From: Eledone cirrhosa
Lineage: Eukaryota
DNA length: 64,000 bases
Direction of reading: 5' to 3'
Assembly: GCA_964016885.1 (NCBI GenBank)
Contig: OZ024745.1
Span: forward strand, 37,386,001-37,450,000
Within the stretch, counting starts at the first letter, position 1. Every line of letters begins with the position of its first letter. Made by a program: the position numbers and the translations under genes. Shown here one piece after another: positions 1 to 15,039 of this stretch. The notes under the pieces are model-generated. The model was given only the letters and a program-made list of their open reading frames with translations, did not search any database and was not told the DNA's origin.

Positions 1-96
1 CTACATACATACGTACACACAAATATGTTGACGCTCATGCATAATAAGTTCACATGTGTCTGTGTGCGAGTGTGTGAGTGAGTATGTGTGTGCATG

Positions 97-505
<409 letters not shown>

Positions 506-721
506 GAAAGGGAGAAGGAGAGAGAGTCGGCCTGTTAGTCACAGTGAAATCGCTTAGAAATGTAGGCACACACACACGTGTATGGTCACGTGCCTTCACC
601 TCTTCTGGCTGCATCGTCCACGATAAGCAAAAAAGCGAGAGAGGTTGAGCTGCACGCGTGCGCAGCGCGGCTCCTCCTTTCATTAATTATTATCTCCCCC
701 TATAACCCTCGTCAGAAAAAA

Positions 722-771
722 GGGTGAGAGAGAGTAAGAAAGAAAGTGAGAGAGAGTGAGAGAGAGAGAAT

Positions 772-843
<72 letters not shown>

Positions 844-986
844 CACACAAAAGAAACATATAGTAATAGTGATAATATGAACGTCATGCACACATTTTTT
901 TAGAAAAGGGACAAAACTCATCAAAAAGCTGTGAGGGTTGAGACAGAGGCAAGCAGACGACAACGAAAGCTGTGTCACTCCCATCA

Positions 987-1043
<57 letters not shown>

Positions 1044-1050
1044 ACTCTCT

Positions 1051-1082
<32 letters not shown>
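722..1082. repeat. (GA)n and (CT)n microsatellites
   Basis: (GA)n about 740-838 and (CT)n about 990-1082. Confidence 0.95.
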
Positions 1083-1083
<1 letters not shown>

Positions 1084-1805
1084 AGGTCTATATCGTTCTC
1101 CCTCTTCTTACTCGTCACCCATAATATTCTAGAATGACATTTTTGTCTATGTTCCTTTTTTCATTCTCCCCCTCTTATTTCTTTTTCTTCATCTTTACAA
1201 AACCAAAATCACAAACAAACGAATATTCAAAATTAATCAAGTCAAAATGATAATTAAGGGGGCAAAAAAGAAAAACAAAAAAAACTATAAAGCAAAGAAA
1301 AAAAGAATTAAGGACCGACGGTAAAAGAAAATATGAAAAAATCCCTAACTGTGCCCCTGTCAGTGCACAACATCAGCCCACCTATCTAAGTTATAAGAAC
1401 CTCACACCACCATAGTTGTTATATTAGCAAATATTGTTAATTAGTAAAGTATTTTCTTCTTCGTTTTCTCTTGTCTCCACCTTATTTCATCTATTCGCTG
1501 GACATCAACGTCGTGTGCTCCGCCCGGTTCATACTTTAGAATATGATATTAAAAATAGCCAAACTACGTGTGTTTAAAACAAAGTGTGAAATCGCCTTCA
1601 CTGCTGTAAGTCCCAATGTGTTGTAAGGACGCGTACGGCTAGCTGTTTATATATATTCTTCCAGTAAAAGACAGTGTGCATATGTAAACGCGTGCACATG
1701 TGTACTCAAATGTATGCGGGTAATGACTAAGCTACGAGATTTAACAAAACAAGAGTAAGTATATTTACGCACGTATACACACACATATATATATATGTAT
1801 ACACG

Positions 1806-1893
<88 letters not shown>

Positions 1894-3754
1894 CACACAT
1901 ATATACATAGATATATAACAATAAATAGTTAAATACATGTTAATGTATTAAAACTATGATTTTTATCTGCAAAAAATTAAGGGTTTATAATACTTAAATA
2001 TATGTACTGACGCCCATATTCTATGTTGAATAACACACATATAACTGTAATTGAGTTAATCAATGTCCTTTTGGAAGTAAAACAAAAACGTTACTGTTAA
2101 TATTCTTGAAACTTCTGCAGACGTTGATGCCTTTTCTTATTTGTTTCAAAATACTACGTAACATTTAATCCGGTACACTTTTACCTCTTGGCACATACCA
2201 CTACGATAGACAAATTAATAGTTTCTTATTTAGATACAAGGCCAGTATGTTTTTGTGGAGGGGTGAGATTACGTCAACCCTAGTACTGGACTGGAGCTTT
2301 ATTTAATCGACTCTTTGTAAACATGAAAGACCTCAGCGGCATTTCAACTTAGAATGTAATAAGACGTAACAAGTGCCGCAAAGACATTTTGTTCCAATGT
2401 TCAATCAATTCCGCCAATCTTCCCGACAAATGACGATAACAATTATTAAGGCTTCTTGGATTATTATCCTTTATGATAGTGATAATTATATGGGCTTCCT
2501 ACAATATATTGAAGGTTTTCTCGTAGATGTATCTTCTATGGATCGAGTTCTGCCTTTTCTCAGCCGTATTACCAACGATAAGCAGCACACTCTTTGCTAG
2601 TATCTGAGCTAAAATCTTAAAGGATATATTCAATTAAGTTATTATTTATAATGTCCTTTTTGCTCGGGTCACACATTTGGGAATATTCCTAATGTGCTAT
2701 GAGTACTAGTATTGTACCACTCATTTTTGCCATCTAGTGGACTGGAGCAACGCGAAATAAAGTGTTATGTTCAAAGATACGACGCGCCAGTGGGAATCGA
2801 ATTGATGATTTTACTATCTTGAGGTGAACATGTTAATCACAAATCAACGCAATTTGGGGGAAAGGGAAAGTCGATAGCTATATCGACTCCAGTACTAGAC
2901 TTATGTTTTATTTTATTGAACTTGGAAGGATGAAAGACAAAGTTGACATCGGCGACTCGGAACTTAACTAAAATAAAAATTATTTCTTTAAAAAATGTCT
3001 ACGCATTTGATGGGGAAGCAACTCCCAGAATACTACTTTTTCTTTATTGACTGTGACAATATCAATTTCAAAGTTGTCCCTGGCGGAATTCAGACTCAAA
3101 ACATTATGCTAAATATTGCTAAGTACTCAACCCTTTCAGCTAGGAATGGACTTCCGTTGGTTTCGACGATTTGTTTTCCATTTGTTCAATCAACGGAACA
3201 GCTTGCTCATGAAATTAATGTGGGTGTCACTGAGCATTTCACAGGCACATGTTCTCTTGAAGTAATTCTCATGGATATTCAGTGTGACATAGTATGTGAC
3301 CAGATACAGTCCATACGACAGGCTTCCAATCAGTTGCCATCTACCCAATTTCACTAACAAGGAATGTGACGGTGTGAAGCTATAGGTGATAGGAGATGGT
3401 TCTGGCAGAATTTGAACTGAGATTGTAGAGCCCTATAAATAAAAACTGCGCACTACTTTAAAAATAAAACAAATGATCAGGATAGGGATGATGAGGTGGA
3501 AGATATTGATAACGATGATAATGTTAGACAGTGTTGGTGATGTTGGTGGTGACAACGATGACGAAAAGATGATGGTGGTGGTGGCGGTGTAGTTGTGGTA
3601 ATGGTGTTGATAGTGAATCTAAGAAATATGGCTAATTTTATATTGAGAAGCCATATGTTGGTGGTGCTTGAATACACGACCACACATGTCATGTGTAGGC
3701 TTCTACAGTTGGTGCTACCTGCACTAGCATACTATATTAATGTATTAAAAATCA

Positions 3755-4432
3755 TTTCTGGCACAAGGTTAGCAATTTGGTGAAAGGGAAAGTCAACTAT
3801 ATTAATCTCAGTACGTAACTGGTACTTTATTTTATCGACGCCAGAAGGATGAAAGGCAACATTAACCTCGGCATGATTTGAACTCAGAATTTAGAAATTC
3901 ATTACTAAATACTACAAAGTATTTTTTTCCGATGGTCTACCGATACTGCTAATCCACCGCCCTGTATTAATTAATCAATAATTCTTTATTCTTTTGTTCA
4001 ACAATTTGTCAGGAAGGAGAAAGTCGATTAAATCGACCCCAGTGCGTTATGGTGCTATATTTTATTGACCCCATTAGGATGAAAGACAAAGCCGGCCTCC
4101 GCGGGATTTGAACTCAGAACGTAAAGGGCCGTAATTATATGCCGCAAAGCATGTTGTCCAACGCTCTACCGATACTCCCAATCCATCGCTCTTATCAATG
4201 TATTAATAATAATTTCTACTATAGGAACAAGGCCAGTAATTTTTTGTGTGTAGGGAGTCGATTAAATCGACCCCAGTACTTTATTTACTGGTACTTTATT
4301 TTGTCGACCCCATAAGGAGGAATGGTAAAGTTAACCTCGGCGGGATTTGAACTCAGAATATAAAGGGCAATAATTCTATGCTACAAAGCATGGTATCCGA
4401 CTCTCTTACTGATACTGCCAATCCATCGCTCT
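3755..4432 (-). mobile_element. Three adjacent tRNA-derived SINEs (Nin-domain-like family)
   Basis: Each reads on - as A box (TGGCAGTATCGG), B box (GAGTTCAAATCC), then GCCTTTCATCCTTnCGGGGTCGATAAAATAAAGTACCAG. Copies at about 3755-3962, 4000-4192 and 4213-4432; more decayed copies at about 2225-2420 and 2850-2970. Confidence 0.85.
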
Positions 4433-5149
4433 TTTTAATGTATTAATAATATTAATGATTCTTGTGATATTGAACACGATCAATGTATTTAGAGCAGTAG
4501 CCGACGCTACCATTAAACCAACCAGAGCACAGACATCAGGGGGACGCATTACTGAACCTTTAACAATCATAATTTTATACAAATTTGTATAATTAAATTA
4601 AATATATAATAATTTCCAGCGATTAATAAATATATTAAATATCTTTGCCGTGTAGCACGTTGTGGAACAGTGGAGTGGATCGTGTTATGAATTGTTATGT
4701 GAATGAATGTGGACTGTGTAGTAGAAAATGTAGGTTTAGTAATTTTCTTAGTGTAATCAGAGAAGACGTTTCAAGAACTAGGTGTGTCATCTTTTCAAGC
4801 TGTAAGTTGACATTTTTTTCATTTGACAGAATGGTGAGCGTTGTAGAGTTGGCCCACGACGCTAAATATCCGTGTATCGGGCCTTATTTAATGCGAGTTT
4901 TACTGGAAGATGAAACGAAGACTCACCTCAACAAAATTTTGAAATATACCAACTAACAATTAGTGGTCACAGTTCTATGGCATTGTTCAACATACGTCGA
5001 TTCCGATGACGATTGTTTCGGTTGATTTGATCAATGGAATAACCTGCTCATGAAATTAACGTACAATTGACTGATAGTACAAAGAGATTTATATTTTAAA
5101 AAAACTATGAAAGGAACCTGCACTTGACATCAATGCAACGGTATGAATT

Positions 5150-5260
5150 GTAAGGTCACAAATTCGATCCAAGGCCGTTCGTTGTGCCCTTGAGCAAGAC
5201 CTTTCACTTCACGTTGTTCCAGTCAACTCAGCTGGCAAAAATGAGTAGTGCCTGTAATTT
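5150..5260 (+). mobile_element. CORE-like tRNA-derived SINE fragment
   Basis: TTCGATCC B-box remnant then TTGTGCCCTTGAGCAAGAC..CACGTTGTTCCAGTCAACTCAGCTG. Related copies at about 2720-2830(-), 22505-22620(+), 37075-37190(-), 62915-63010(+) and 63840-63915(-). Confidence 0.7.
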
Positions 5261-7289
5261 AAAAGGTCATTCTTGTCATACTCTGTGTTACGCTCGATCT
5301 CTCTTAACTACGTATTAGTTACAGGTGTTTGTGGAATATGCAACCTTTGTAATTCAAAAGGCCATCCTTGGTACACATTGTGTCACGCTGAATATCTCTG
5401 AAGATTAACCCTTCTTAGTAAAATTGATAAGATGGAAACTGTTGGAAGCCTATCGAATCAATTGTACGTGTTATTTAAAAGGTCAGCCTTGTCATGCACA
5501 GCACTATGTTGAATCTCCACGAGAATTACGTTAAGAATATGCCTTTACTTTATAAAATGATCAGTCACTTGCGCGTACATTTCACAAGCAGGCTGTTCCT
5601 TTGATCTAACAACTGGAACACTGATCGTCGAAACCGACGGAAGTCCATTACATTTTACCATTAAAGAAAAAACAAAACAAAAAAAAACAACCAAATTCAA
5701 AGTCCATTGCTTTTCCTAATAATTTGTCGCAATGTGAGAATTCTTCATTAGAATAAATTTTAAATGTTGACTTCAAGACATAATTTTTAATTAACGTCAA
5801 TTAATTCTAAACTCTCAGGTTGCATAATTGATTTTCGCTTTTTGCTGATGAGTATTCGTTACATTAAAAACGGTTTCAAACTTCGCAGTTTATATCGCTA
5901 ACAGCAAATTCAAGGATGTTCCGGTGGAATTCTCCACAGCTTTACAGCGGTAGTAGAAAAAATAAATTCAAAAGATGAAACTTCGATTAACCAAAATTTC
6001 TATTTCATCATATTGTTTTTGATAAAGATGTTAGATTGGTTTTGATGATTTGTTTTCTTTTGTTAGTGTTGTTGTTGCTGTCTGTTGGGGGTGGTTTGGA
6101 AGAAGAGGAGGAGGAGAAATTATGGATGCAGTTTTTATCATGTGGTTAAGAAATCTGCTTCTGTAATTGCAACAACGTTGCTGTAGGTTCGATACATTGA
6201 GGAAATGTCTTCTATAATATTATTGAGAAAAAATATTGATAATTGTAGTGGCGGTGTAATATAATTACACACACACACAGACGGATATATATATATATCC
6301 GGAGACATAATGTGGCTATAAGTCGGGTAGAGGCACAATGGACATGATCTTCCCTGCTCGCCAGCTGCAGGAGAAATGTTTAGAACATCACTAAAGCCTT
6401 TGACTCTGTGAATAAGGATGCCCAAATATTGGCTGTAGGATCTTCAGCTTATCGTCATTCAAGGAGATATGTGATAAGGCAACACTTTACTACAATAAAG
6501 CAATTACAGATAACGGCTTCAAGGATAAAAATCACGCGTATACCCAAACCTCAAAACATAAGTAAAAGCAGAAATAAAAAAAAACATGATTCATTCTTCC
6601 CTTCTCCCTAGCAGTGAAGACTATTGTATGTAAATACTATTGTATGTTAAAGACCTAATGAATAAGCATATTCCCTTCAACATAGGTTCAGTAAAATATT
6701 TAGTAGGTAGTCGGTGAAAATAGCTATTCCTGTGGACTTTCCTTGATGTCAAATAGAACACATTATAACAAGCCTGAAGAAAACCTGGGATGCTCGTGAA
6801 AAGTAAAGAGAGAGTGTCCGCTGTAACAGAGATGTAATATCAAGTCAATAGTGTATAAAGCAATAGTGTGTCACACCAGATACAACCAACGAAACGGAGA
6901 ACAACGAACGTATGGCACAGTACCGTTTTAAACAACGGCACGACTCACATATCGAATCCATTAGACTTCTGTAAAAGATTACAGCCACGGTGCTGGCAAA
7001 GGGGATGTGTGAACTATAATATAAAGGAATTAGAGAATCCTAGATAGGTCTAGACTGTGCATCAAAGACACTAAGAGGTGTTCACTTTGCCTAAACGATA
7101 AATTTCGGATAATACATGTATTGAAATCCACCAATGCACTTAAGCGCAGTTCTATTAACTTATTTTCTCTGTTCCGATTCTCAGTATGGTCAGTTAAATA
7201 TGTGGCAGTATTAACACTTTTGATTATAAACTGCCTGAAATCGACCCTGGTTCTATGATGAAAAATCATTTGTGTTAAGTGTTCATTAT

Positions 7290-7475
7290 TATGGAGGCAG
7301 TATCGGTAGAGGGTCGGACGCCATACTTTGCAGCAAAGAGTTACGGCTCTTTATGGTTTGAGTTCCAATCCCGCCGAGGTTAACTTTGCCTTTCATCCTT
7401 ACGGAGTCGATAAAATAAAGTACCAGTAATACACTGGGATGATTGCTGGCCTTGTGCCAAAGTAGAAACAATTAT
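7290..7475 (+). mobile_element. Nin-domain-like tRNA SINE
   Basis: GGCAGTATCGGTAGAG A box, GAGTTCCAATCCC B box, GCCTTTCATCCTTACGGAGTCGATAAAATAAAGTACCAG, 3' GGCCTTGTGCCAAA. Confidence 0.88.
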
Positions 7476-8359
7476 TAAATTCATACCTTCCATCATAATT
7501 TTATACAACAACCTTTTCTTAAGTTATGTCACAAGCACCCACTTAATAATGAAAAAATAATAGTTATATTACTAAATCATTCCATATATTTGGTTATTAT
7601 TATAGGGACTGAAACAAAAACGTAATTGCTTAATGAGATGGTTGATGCTACTTTGTTGATATTATATTCCAAATTTCAGGTTAAATATATTTAGTTGACC
7701 TGACAAAGAAGTTAATACCCTGGTAAAAAGATTGTATATCACCCTCCCTCCTCTACTGCCTTCTATTTTTAATTAATTTTAGTTAATTTAAATTCTGGTT
7801 TTGTCTTCTCTGCCATTTGAGACTAGAATTAATCAGTAAAGTAATGATAAAGATTTTTCCTCATCGCTGCGGCTGTAATTTTGATTACACATTCTTGACT
7901 CAAGAAGCATGATAAATAATGTCTTAGGGAGTTTTTGTATTTCTGGCAAACCTAGAATATTTTGTGATATTGTTTTCTATCACATGCTGAGTATACCTGG
8001 TTTAGTATAGGTATTTCATAATCCTGCGTATCGTAAGAGGCGATGAAATGAGTTAGCGCCAGGGTGGTCATCCGGTATAAAAAGATTAACTAAAAATACA
8101 CAAATGCCTATGAGGAATATGAAGCTTACTCTGTGGCTTGTAAGTTTAATCTTTGCTTTAGCGGGAAAAACGGCTTTAAAACCCTTGTTTTTGTATTGTA
8201 TTGTATTGTTTTCTATTACGTTCATCACTGACAAATCTTATTTTGTTTATATGTGATGTTTTATTGCATTGAAGTTGCCATTGTTTAACCCCAGGTTAGT
8301 CCTGGCTGATCAGACGTTCAAACCGACACTATATTGTCGTATTACGATAGCTATGAGGA

Positions 8360-8983
8360 CTGTGGTGGGTTGACAAAACTAGCAGATCGTCGAACAAATT
8401 GCTTCGTGGTGTTTAGCTATGATTTTCTACGTTGTGAGTTCATATCCAGTCGAGATTAGCTAAGCCTTTCATCCTTACGAGGTCGATAAAATAAAATACC
8501 AGTCACGCACTGGTTTTGATTTAATCGACTTTCCCATCCCCCCAAATTGCTGGCCTTGTGCCTAAAATAGCAACAACTATTATTATTATTTCTGACAAGG
8601 GCATTGGATTGGCAGTATCAGTGGAGCGTCGGTCAATATGTTTGTGGCAAATAATTACAGCCCTTTAGGTTCTTAGTTCAAATCCTACCGAGGTTAGTTT
8701 TGCCGTCCATCCTTACGGTGTCAATAAAATCAATCGCCAGTAATGCACTGGGTCGATTTTTAATCGGTTTTCTCCTTTATTTCAAATTGCTGGCCTTTTG
8801 CCAAAGGTAGAAACGATTATTTCTTCAGACAGAGCGGAGGATTTGTAGTATCAGTAGAGTGTGGAACAAAATGCTTTAGAATATATAGTTACGACTTTCT
8901 ACGTTGTGAATTCAAATCCTGTCGATATCAGCTTTGCCTTTCATCCTTCCTTGGTCGATAAAATAAAGTACCAGTTACATTCT
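8360..8983 (+). mobile_element. Three tandem Nin-domain-like SINEs; the third is interrupted and resumes at 9783
   Basis: Same boxes and central domain; the SINE continuation GGGGTCGATTTAATCGA follows the insertion at 9783. Confidence 0.82.
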
Positions 8984-9773
8984 CAGACTCAGACTCAGAA
9001 GCTCCCGCGTCTTGCGACGCATGAGGCAATCATAGTGTTCCACCGCGTTCGGTCAGCAGCCAGTTGCACAGCGTCCCGCCATTGTCTGTTTGTCGCTCGC
9101 AGGTCCCTCTCAACCGTCTGGCGCCAGTTCATTTTGGGTCGCCCTCTCCGTCTGCTTCAAGTACTTGGTTCGCCAGTCTCTCCGGGGGAAGTCTCAAAGC
9201 GTGCCCAAACCGTGTGGTTGTTTTTGCAGACAGAATTCTGGTCCTCAGGATGTCGGCTTCCTCATTAAGACTTTCGCCGACACCCGCCATACAATCTCCG
9301 GTTAGAGACAACCGTTCTCCTGACTGCTTGGAATTTAAATCTGATGCACTATGAATTGTTTTCGTAGCAGGAGAGTTTTTCTGAGAACAGGTCGCTAACC
9401 TGAAGCCCAACCACTGACATTTAGTAGAGAGACAGTAAGTGGAGTAGTCTCTGGATAGAACTGCAAACCGATGGCCACCATCAGGGTTGCAGGTGTTACG
9501 TCAGAGTTTTCCTTCTAGAATTCTGCCTTGACAAAGGCTAAGGGGTCATCTCTCCCGGTGATTTTGGATGGCCATTGACTCTCAAGACCTCCTTTGCCCT
9601 TTGACAGGTTTTGTTTTTAGTCCTGCAGGATGTCCAAAGTCACCCTCCTCACCAAGAAACCTTGGTGGTGTTGCCAGTTTAGTCGCCAACGACCCGACCA
9701 TGAGACAGGTTGTACTGGGATACATGTTACCAGTAGCACCAACTGGTGACGTGACATTCACCAACTGGTGACC
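8984..9773 (-). mobile_element. Non-autonomous RTE-derived element (5' UTR head joined to RTE 3' end) with 9-bp TSD
   Basis: TSD TTACATTCT at 8975-8983 and 9774-9782; (TCTGAG)n 3' tail; - strand remnant RFGHALRLPPERLANQVLEA...LAADRTRW, typical of the RTE ORF C-terminus; RTE 5' motifs GAAGGAAAACTCTGA and GGTTAGCGACC. Confidence 0.85.
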
Positions 9774-11029
9774 TTACATTCTGGGGTCGATTTAATCGAA
9801 TTTTCTCTTCTTCTCTCGAATAGCTTATTTTGTGTCAATGCAAGGAAGAATTATTTCTTCAGACACTTTATCCAGAACCATGTTATCCGAAGTATTATAC
9901 CTATTTGTAAAACAACTTATATATATATAAAAATATATTTTACTGCTATTTCTAGATTTTCGAACGAATACGTAGACACTGCTTCGGTAGGTCCAGATTA
10001 TTTACTGCTGCTCTTATGTAACTACAGAAGTAGAAGAAAAACGTTTGACAGTAATCAGATAGCTAACTGAGGCAAGAACTAAGCCAATTATCAACGTTAT
10101 TATACAGAAACATTCTCAAATGGTTTCAGTTAGGCTTTGTTTTTATTTCTAACTCTACAGATGTGTGTCTGGTGTGTTTCTACGTGGAGCTTGAAATGAA
10201 AGTTGATTCCTGTAAGTCTGAGGAATAGAGTTGAAAAATTCCTGCCTAAACATTTCAATACTGATTTTAGAAAATAACAGTTTATAATGATATATTTTTA
10301 GAAACGTTGAGCGGATATGTATCTATTAAAAAGTTGGAAGCTTCAACATATTTTTTTGTCTATGAAAAATAATCTAACAAATTGGGGAAAAAAGCACCTG
10401 GGTGACGAATGTTGACAGCATGGCTCTTTTAATTGAAAATGGTTAACTTTAATCAAAATATACAGGCGATATGGATTTGTACGTGAATTTATATATTTAT
10501 TTTGATATGCTCCAATTGTCGCAATTGGAGCAACTTTATCCCAATAGTAACCATATTGCTCAGTATGATTAGCAACTAAACGTAATTCAGTAATTCAGGC
10601 AACGAAAAACTCAACTAGCTCTATCAAAATAGCATTTTGTCGCGACCCAATAGATTTTAAAAGTAAAAATACGAGGCACAAAGAACGAATGAAAGAACGA
10701 AACATTTCATTTGCTAGTTTATGATGCTACCGTTAGTTCTAAATACATACATACATACATACATACATACATACATACATACATACATACATACATACAT
10801 ACATACATACATACATACATTTTTTTTCATTTTCTGCTGAAGCTACTTGTATATAAACTATTTGACTATTTTTACAGTCAGAAAGAGACTTTGGTAAAAT
10901 GCAACCTTACTAGACAAGATGTTTATTTTATAATTTTGGTTAAGACACGAGAGAGAAACCAAACTCCCACTGACATCACCTCTGTCTCTCCCGCCCTCCC
11001 CATCTATTATGAGCAAATGGAAAGAAGAG

Positions 11030-11230
11030 AGAAGTCTCGGTGGAAAGAAGAGAGAAGTCGTTTCACCGGAGGATGGAGAGGGAAATGCGCTGGAAGAGCC
11101 ATTCCAGTTCGCGAGGCTCACTTCTGCGACTAGGCAGCTCTGCGCCTATGGTGGGGAATAGGGAGGTTGCCCTGAGGCTGGGGCTAAGGACACCAGAAGT
11201 CTTTGTGATCTATATATCCCTATGTTATTG
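11030..11230 (-). pseudogene. CRE-clade non-LTR retrotransposon, restriction-like endonuclease C-terminal remnant
   Basis: Manual translation ...SGVLSP...IGAELPSRRSEPRELEWLFQRISLSILR*N matches the FQR(I/L)SxxxxRGN tail of CRE-type ORFs. Confidence 0.65.
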
Positions 11231-11553
11231 AAAGGGTTAAAGAAGAATGAAAAATGAAACCAGAGAATTTAACCAATTAAAAAAAAGAAAAATTACTTAA
11301 GAAATTGAATTGAGAAACACGATAAGGTTGTCCATAGTAAGATATTTATATAACTGGCATCATTCAGCTTCTTTAACAGTTTCAGTTGTTACATAAGTGG
11401 GTAAGTAAATCTATCCCGGATGGAATGGATAAAGGGGAGCTTTACGTTAAACTAGACAAGAAACTATGACATGTGTTATATATAAATAAAATATATCTAT
11501 GTAATATATGTATGTGTGCATGTATATATGTGTGCATGTATGTACGTGTGTAA

Positions 11554-11666
<113 letters not shown>

Positions 11667-11826
11667 CCCCTATACCAAAAGCCGGGAGGTATAAAAAAAT
11701 ACCGACAATTTGCTGTGCGTAGTTTCCAAATAACGATGCTGTTGAATGCCTATCTGAAGAAAGATAAGATTTTAATTGTTTCTTCACTTATTTAAAGTCT
11801 CTACTATAAAATTATTTCGTTATGTG

Positions 11827-11876
<50 letters not shown>

Positions 11877-11878
<2 letters not shown>

Positions 11879-12499
11879 TTTCTGAATTTGTTTAGCAAGA
11901 TTCTTTATCTGAAAACGTGTGTTGAAACCGATATTGTTATGCTTTGGCAGGGTCGTGTTGCCAATAAGAAACACGCGCACCAGTTGCTTTCACTCCAATT
12001 TATTATAAATTAAATTCATAAATTTAAGAATTTATCAATTTCCGGTTGGTTGGTTGGTTCCATAACCGGACGGTTGTTCATATATTGTCAAAGTTCTTTC
12101 GTCACACATTCTGCGACTTCTTCAGTGACTGGGCATTCTTTTCTTTGTTTTGTGCCTCTCCTTTGTTCTGTCCTACGCCATCTTGTTTTTGTGTGTGTTG
12201 TGTGCTTAGTTTGCGCATGTGTAACACATGCGCAAACTAAGTTTTTGTTTTTGTGTGTGGTGTGTGCTTAGTTTGCACATGTGTTACACATGCGCAAACT
12301 AAGCACACAACACTGAAAAGGTCACATAATGTGTGACTAAAGAACTTTGACAATATATGAACAACCGTCCGGCTATGGAACCAACCAACCAGCCGGAATT
12401 TTATAAATTCTTAAATTTATAAATTTAATTTATAATAAATTAGAGTGAAAGTAACTGGTGCGTGTGTTTCTTATTGGCAACATGACCCTCCCAAAGCAT

Positions 12500-12505
<6 letters not shown>
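11877..12505. mobile_element. Fold-back HHR element in (TA)n
   Basis: About 11933-12127 is the diverged reverse complement of 12311-12505; (TA)n on both flanks; internal hairpins TTAGTTTGCGCATGTGTAACACATGCGCAAACTAA (twice). Confidence 0.85.
12087..12129 (-). ncRNA. Minimal type I hammerhead ribozyme motif
   Basis: GUCA-CUGAAGA-A-GUCGCA(GAAUG)UGUGAC-GAAA-G(AA)C-UU/UGAC: stems I and II, 2-bp stem III, CUU cleavage triplet; decayed mirror copy at 12311-12351(+). Confidence 0.8.
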
Positions 12506-12530
<25 letters not shown>

Positions 12531-12793
12531 CACGCACCTCTTCTTCCCGCCACTCCTCTCTCTCTCTCTCTCTCTCTATCTATCTCTCCCTCTCTCTCTC
12601 TCTCACACACACAAATGCAAACACTGACACTCACTCTTACACACACACACTCAATTATTCTTCCTTCTCTTTCTTATACACACACAGTTTTCTCTCCCTC
12701 CCTTCTCTCTGTCTCCTCCTTCTCCTACCCTTCTTTTTACACACATGCCCGCTCTCTCTCTCTCCCTTCCCCCCTCTCTCTCTCTCTCTCTCC

Positions 12794-12827
<34 letters not shown>

Positions 12828-12842
12828 ATTTCCCCACGAAGC

Positions 12843-12880
<38 letters not shown>

Positions 12881-12982
12881 ATATACAGATTTATATACTC
12901 TCAAGCGTGAAACTAAAAACCATACCATTTGTACTGCCTCTCTGTTTTTTTGTTCTCTGTCCAGTCCATTTATTCAACTATA

Positions 12983-13112
<130 letters not shown>

Positions 13113-13919
13113 CATAGATTATACATGTCTACCCAGATCCAAACAACATACATGACCTCTCAAGCTTCCGAGAGAACTCAACATGTGCTATGAAGTCATC
13201 CTTATTTTCAGCTACACAGAACATTTTTATATGACCCTCAGCCATCGTGAACATAACAGAAACAGCCATATGCCAAGAGCAAAAGCTCCCTACTTTTACA
13301 TCATTGTCAGGTAAGAGATAATACCCAGTGACCTCTATTGGTAATCATGTTATCTAGCATGACATGTGCCTAACATGACAGCTATTGATAATGTCGGTAA
13401 TCCTACCAAGTTTACTAGGTAAAAAGCATGATTATTAATACACTAGGATTGGAAAATAAAACATTGTGAGAAGGGTCGATAAATTCAGAACAACAACATC
13501 CAAACATCCAATGAATACTCATTATATGTTCCCTGGTAATCATTCAAACGAACAGAGATGGATTTTCTTTGTCCATTGTGTAAATTATGCAGGTGCTATT
13601 AGCACCACTTCTTCACACTGCAAATAGAGAGTTGCTCATCTTAACAGGCCCTCATATCCAGTTCACCAAACTTCAGTACGAACATAAAAGCGTAACAGTA
13701 GAGGCGAAGGGTATTCTACCCTGAACTAACTATTGTAAAGTGGTACTACAGTATCTAAAGGGCTGCAAAATAATATTTATGCTACCATAAATAATACGTA
13801 AGAATCCTGATTAGATTTTCAGCCAGGGACCCCAGCATGCTTAATCCGCCTCTGCCAATGGGTTCTCACTCGTGTGTGGGTGCGAAATCCTAAAGTGTAA
13901 CTGTATGTACTTTTTCAAA

Positions 13920-14255
13920 TAATTATTTCTACGTTAGGCACAAGGCCAGCAATTACCCAGTGTATTACTGGTACTTTATTTTATCGACCCCGTAAGGATG
14001 AAAGGCAAAGTTAACCTCGGCGGGATTTGAACTCAGAATGGCAAGGGGCGTAACTCTATGCGCCAAAGCATGGCATCCGACACTCTACCAATACTGCCAA
14101 TTTAAAATGATGTCATGTTTTATCTATCGCGACGATTTGGCAGTCGCTAGAAGGTCGGCTAGAATACTTTGCGGCATTCATTCCGGCTCTCTGAGACCAA
14201 AAACCGGTAGAGTTAACTTTCGTCCTGTCGAAGACAATAAAAGAGGTACCAGTCC
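13920..14255. mobile_element. Two Nin-domain-like SINEs head-to-head (13920-14100 -, 14135-14255 +)
   Basis: Family consensus motifs. Confidence 0.75.
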
Positions 14256-15039
14256 AATAACGAATCTGATTCTTCCTCTGTTTCTTTTTCTCACTTTTTT
14301 TTCACACACTCACTTTCTCTGGAAGAAATCGGCTGTGATCAAACCTGAAGAGAAAATGGATTCCCCTGTGTTTTTAAGAAAGTAGCTAAGTGTGCATCCC
14401 TTCAAGACCACAAAGAGTTACGTGTGCAAACATATTTTATCTATTATTTGTTCTCTTCAGAACAAGTTTAGCTGAACGACAGAATTGTCTGCATCTACCA
14501 AATGCATTTTCATTTATGTGTGTGTGGAAAAAGCCTAAATAATATTCTATTTTACCTATTATGTTACAATTATAGTTATAGATTTATTCTATATCCATTA
14601 TTTTTTCACTCTAAATTTTAAGTCTTCTGTATAAAACATCTCTGAAGTACTAGCCTCCTTTCTTTTAATATATATATACATATATATATATATCATTTTT
14701 CCTTCATCCACACACGTTTCAGAAAATCCTTTTTATGACGTTTTGTGTAGTTAGTTGCATGTATAATCGAAATTGAATATAATTGCTGTCTGTTAGGGGT
14801 AAAAAAAAAAAATAATATCATCATCATCATCATCATCATCATTATCATCTCTATCATCATCGACTTCGTCATTGTCGTCATCGTTGTCATCGTTGTCATC
14901 GTCACGACTGATACCACTGTTGCTGCTGCTGTCTAATCTCTTTAATTACTTTCCATCAATATAGATCACGAACGACATAGGTTTAATTCTGAGAATATTC
15001 AGACAGAAAAAGATTTATAACGTGTCACTTACTGTTGTT

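Noticed and set aside
3755-4432. tRNA genes suggested by A/B boxes
   Set aside because: No cloverleaf or terminator; they are SINE heads
5840-5882. CTGATGAG as a hammerhead core
   Set aside because: No correctly placed GAAA after a stem II
6600-7270. Possible RNase H or other TE-coding remnant
   Set aside because: Only a weak IFTD-like word; not supportable
9370-9420. Twister ribozyme upstream of the GGTTAGCGACC motif
   Set aside because: The GGTCCCAAGCCC and GGAGGG twister core elements are not present here
13150-13800. Unique-looking sequence as a host exon or transposase
   Set aside because: Frames are interrupted and no motif was recognised
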